Source: Rhodothermales bacterium (lineage in GTDB: Bacteria > Bacteroidota > Rhodothermia > Rhodothermales > Bin80). Taken from it: a stretch of DNA of 64,000 nt. Positions 61,446 through 64,000 of the stretch are shown piece by piece. Each line of letters opens with the position of its first letter. Position 1 is the first letter of the stretch. The notes beneath the pieces are model-generated. The model saw only the letters and a list, made by a program, of their open reading frames with translations, did not search any database and was not told where the DNA came from. A program made the position numbers and the translations under genes. The stretch covers positions 916,585 through 980,584 of the forward strand of contig OY762508.1 in the NCBI GenBank assembly GCA_963665975.1, written 5' to 3'.

Positions 61446-63167
61446 TCAAGCCTTCAAATACCCCAACTCATACAGCGCTGAGAGTACGGCTTCGACGCTT
61501 TCGTCAATGGACTCCTGGCCTGAATGGCACACGATCTCGGCATCCTCGGGAACCTCATACGGATCATCGATACCCGTAAAGCCCTTGATAATGCCCGCAC
61601 GCGCCTTGGCATAGAGACCTTTTACATCCCTCGCTTCGCAGACCTCGATTGGTGCGTCTACAAATACTTCGAGATAGCCACCGAGACGACTAATGCGCTC
61701 GCGGTTGACTTGCCGGTCTGCACGGTATGGCGCTATCGCCGCGCAAATGCAAATGCCGTGGTGCCGGGTAACTTCGCTGGCCACGTAGCCGATGCGCTGT
61801 ACATTCGCCGATCGATCCTCCTGCGAAAATCCGAGCCCCTTGCTGAGATGCGTCCGTACGATGTCTCCATCCAGGAGTGTCACGGGTCGTGTCGTCAGCT
61901 CCAGGAGTCTCAATCGGACTGCGTTTGCAATCGTAGACTTGCCGGACCCCGAAAATCCAGTCAAGAATAGCGTAAATCCCTGCTCATCCCGTGGCGGGTA
62001 GGTATTCTTGAGTTCGGCGAGCACATCGGGATAGGAAAACCATTCCGGAATATCCTCGCCGGTCGCCAGACGGCGTCGCAACTCCGTCCCTGAAATGCTC
62101 ACCGTCTCTTCGCCGTCCTTCAATTCATCAATCGGCTTGTACACTTTCTCTCGTGGCGCATACACCATGAGGCGAAACGGCACGATTTCCATGCCAATCT
62201 CGTCCTTATGCTCCAGCACCAGATCCTGGGCCTCATACGGGCCATAGAATGGCGTTCCGGAGCTGTCCGAGCCTGGTCCAGCATGATCGCGGCCTACAAC
62301 GAGGTGGGTACAGCCGTAATTCTTGCGGATGATGGCATGCCAGACCGCTTCCCGCGGCCCACCCATGCGCATGGCCAATGGCAGCAGGCTTAGCGTTGCG
62401 GCATTCTCCGGGTAATGCCGGAGCAGTTTTCGGTAGCTGCGAACACGGGTGAAGTGATCAATATCGCCCGGCTTGGTCATGCCGACGACCGGGTGAATGA
62501 GCAGTTGGCCGCCAATGTCCCGCGCGGCCCGGTCTGTCAATTCCTTGTGTGCGCGATGCATAGGATTCCGCGTCTGGAAGGCCACGATACGCTCCCAGCC
62601 GTGCTCCTCAAAGTAATCTCGCAGCTGTTGCGGCGTCTTGCGCAGCTCCTCAAAGTCGTAATGCCGCGGCAGTTGGAATCCCTCCAGCACACCACCGATG
62701 TAATAGTCACCGGTGCGGTTGGCCAGGTATGCCACAGCGGGGTGTTCCCGGCTGGTCGTGCCATAAACCGACAGAGCCTCACGGTCCTTATCTACAGGCC
62801 AGATGTCACCTACCTCCAGCACCGCCAGTACTACGCCAGTGCTGTCGCGGAGTGTCACATGCGTGGCGGCGGCAACCGTACTTGCTACCTCCTCCGATAC
62901 ATCGAGCGTCACAGGTATAGGCCAAAGGGTGCCATCCTCAAGCCGCATTTCATCCAGTACGCCTTCATAGTCTGCACGATTCAAGAATCCACGCAGGGGT
63001 GAGAAACCTCCGCACAGAAGCAATTCAAGATCATAGATCTGACGCGCAGTCATTTTGACAGACGGAAAGTCAACAGCAGCTTCCTTTAGCTCCGCCTTGC
63101 GGGCTTCGGTGGCGAGCAGATTGAACAGCCTGCCACCGTGCGGTCTCACCAGGGTCAGAAGTTCCAT
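61446..63167 (-). CDS. bifunctional sulfate adenylyltransferase / adenylylsulfate kinase (PAPS synthesis)
   Basis: ATP sulfurylase motifs QTRNPMHRAHKEL and VVGRDHAGPG in the N-terminal two thirds. The APS kinase P-loop LTGFSGSGKSTIA is in the C-terminal third. I chose the ATG at 63167 (MELLTLV...). Confidence 0.9.
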   Translation of the reverse strand: MELLTLVRPHGGRLFNLLATEARKAELKEAAVDFPSVKMTARQIYDLELLLCGGFSPLRGFLNRADYEGVLDEMRLEDGTLWPIPVTLDVSEEVASTVAAATHVTLRDSTGVVLAVLEVGDIWPVDKDREALSVYGTTSREHPAVAYLANRTGDYYIGGVLEGFQLPRHYDFEELRKTPQQLRDYFEEHGWERIVAFQTRNPMHRAHKELTDRAARDIGGQLLIHPVVGMTKPGDIDHFTRVRSYRKLLRHYPENAATLSLLPLAMRMGGPREAVWHAIIRKNYGCTHLVVGRDHAGPGSDSSGTPFYGPYEAQDLVLEHKDEIGMEIVPFRLMVYAPREKVYKPIDELKDGEETVSISGTELRRRLATGEDIPEWFSYPDVLAELKNTYPPRDEQGFTLFLTGFSGSGKSTIANAVRLRLLELTTRPVTLLDGDIVRTHLSKGLGFSQEDRSANVQRIGYVASEVTRHHGICICAAIAPYRADRQVNRERISRLGGYLEVFVDAPIEVCEARDVKGLYAKARAGIIKGFTGIDDPYEVPEDAEIVCHSGQESIDESVEAVLSALYELGYLKA

Positions 63168-63258
63168 GTAACCTGTTCGTTTAGAATTGCGTGAGATAGG
63201 ACTCACTCCGAGCCTACGCTTCCAAAAGGCGCAAAGGTATTTACTGGGATCGTGCCGA

Positions 63259-64000
63259 TCAGGCCAACCATGTGAAGAATATCACAAGAGTCGCCGCCGT
63301 CATGACGATAAGGCTAACCGGGAACCCTACACGGAGGTAGTCGCGCACCCTGTACTCACCTGCGGCCATCACCATGAGATTGGTGTGATACCCTACCGGA
63401 GTCATGAAGCTGGCGGCCGCGGCAACGGCAACGGTCAGGGCAAATGCTTTCGGATCAACGCCAAGCTCACCGGACATGGCCAGCGCAACGGGCAACATAA
63501 GGACGGCTGCAGCCTTATGCGTGACCAGCTCTGTAAGCAGGTTCGTGGTGACATATAGTCCCACGAGCGCCGCCACGACTCCGAGGCCTGACAGGGCGAG
63601 CAAGAGATCCGCCAACAGCGTCGTCAGTCCAGTATTGGCCACGGCCTGGCCAAGCCCCAGTGCTGCCGCGATCAGGACGAGCACTTCAAGATTCAGCGCA
63701 CGTCTTGCCATCCGAAGGGATAGGCATCCTGTAGCGATCATTGCCAGTGCCGCCAGAAACGCCGCCGATATTACCGGCAGAACCTGCAGACCGATTAGCA
63801 GCACCATCCCGACAAGGATGCAGACCGCAACAGGAGCCTTCTTGTTCACCCGTTTTTCCTCGTCGGTGCGCCGGGGGGTAACGAGATAAAATTCCGAACG
63901 ACTCGTATTCCACCGCTCGTCAAAGCCGTCTTTGGCCTCGATTACGAGCAAGTCGCCTGCCTTGATCGTGACCCGTCCCAGCGGGCCCACCACGCGTTCG
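63259..64000 (-). CDS. SLC13/DASS-type anion permease with a TrkA-C (RCK_C) domain, C-terminal part; the gene runs off the 3' edge of the window
   Basis: ...IKAGDLLVIEAKDGF... is a TrkA-C-like strand. Hydrophobic permease helices follow (LGLGQAVANTGL..., MLPVALAM..., AAAASFMTPVGYHTNLMV). Confidence 0.75.
   Translation of the reverse strand, partial: ERVVGPLGRVTIKAGDLLVIEAKDGFDERWNTSRSEFYLVTPRRTDEEKRVNKKAPVAVCILVGMVLLIGLQVLPVISAAFLAALAMIATGCLSLRMARRALNLEVLVLIAAALGLGQAVANTGLTTLLADLLLALSGLGVVAALVGLYVTTNLLTELVTHKAAAVLMLPVALAMSGELGVDPKAFALTVAVAAAASFMTPVGYHTNLMVMAAGEYRVRDYLRVGFPVSLIVMTAATLVIFFTWLA

Noticed and set aside
1-64000. CRISPR arrays, transposases/IS elements, integrases, prophage genes, toxin-antitoxin pairs or known defence systems.
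   Set aside because: I saw no regularly spaced direct repeats, no DDE/tyrosine/serine recombinase-like ORFs, and no recognisable defence-gene motifs. The only mobility-like hints are compositional: the GC-rich dnaE2 block, the AT-rich leader, and gene relics next to tRNA-Leu.

Overview
High-GC chromosomal segment, about 55-60% G+C judged by eye. It appears to come from a Bacteroidota/Rhodothermota-like bacterium: two proteins carry Por/T9SS C-terminal sorting domains, a third such tail survives as an orphan relic, and a GH16 fragment looks like Rhodothermus-type laminarinase. I support about 47 protein-coding genes, 2 tRNAs (Met-CAU, Leu-UAA), 3 gene relics or pseudogene fragments, one clear rho-independent terminator and two candidate operators. 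Most genes are housekeeping: holB, ricT-like, accD, nagB, DAHP synthase, an EF-G2 paralog, pepF, mutS2, cdd and an M16 peptidase pair. I found no CRISPR array, transposase, integrase, rRNA or recognisable defence system.

The regions most worth a second look:
1. An imuA-less imuB-dnaE2 mutagenesis cassette (45.9-50.5 kb) on a visibly GC-richer patch. A small Trp-rich ORF overlaps the dnaE2 3' end. A 22% G+C palindrome-rich leader lies upstream, and a stop-interrupted XRE-type HTH gene lies downstream.
2. A compact SusC/SusD-free LacI-controlled locus (23.4-31.9 kb) that looks like a beta-1,3-glucan system. It has an internally deleted GH16, a sugar-porter MFS, a clan GH-A lipoprotein hydrolase and a 1151-aa cytoplasmic protein with GH94-clan phosphorylase-like motifs. 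An orphan T9SS-tail relic follows it.
3. A BacNaV-type voltage-gated channel with an unusual TIEGW selectivity filter.
4. An apparent frameshift in holB.
5. A WbpA/B/E/D-like diacetamido-sugar gene set next to a fused ATP sulfurylase/APS kinase and an SLC13 permease.

All family assignments come from motif recognition by eye. No database search was run.
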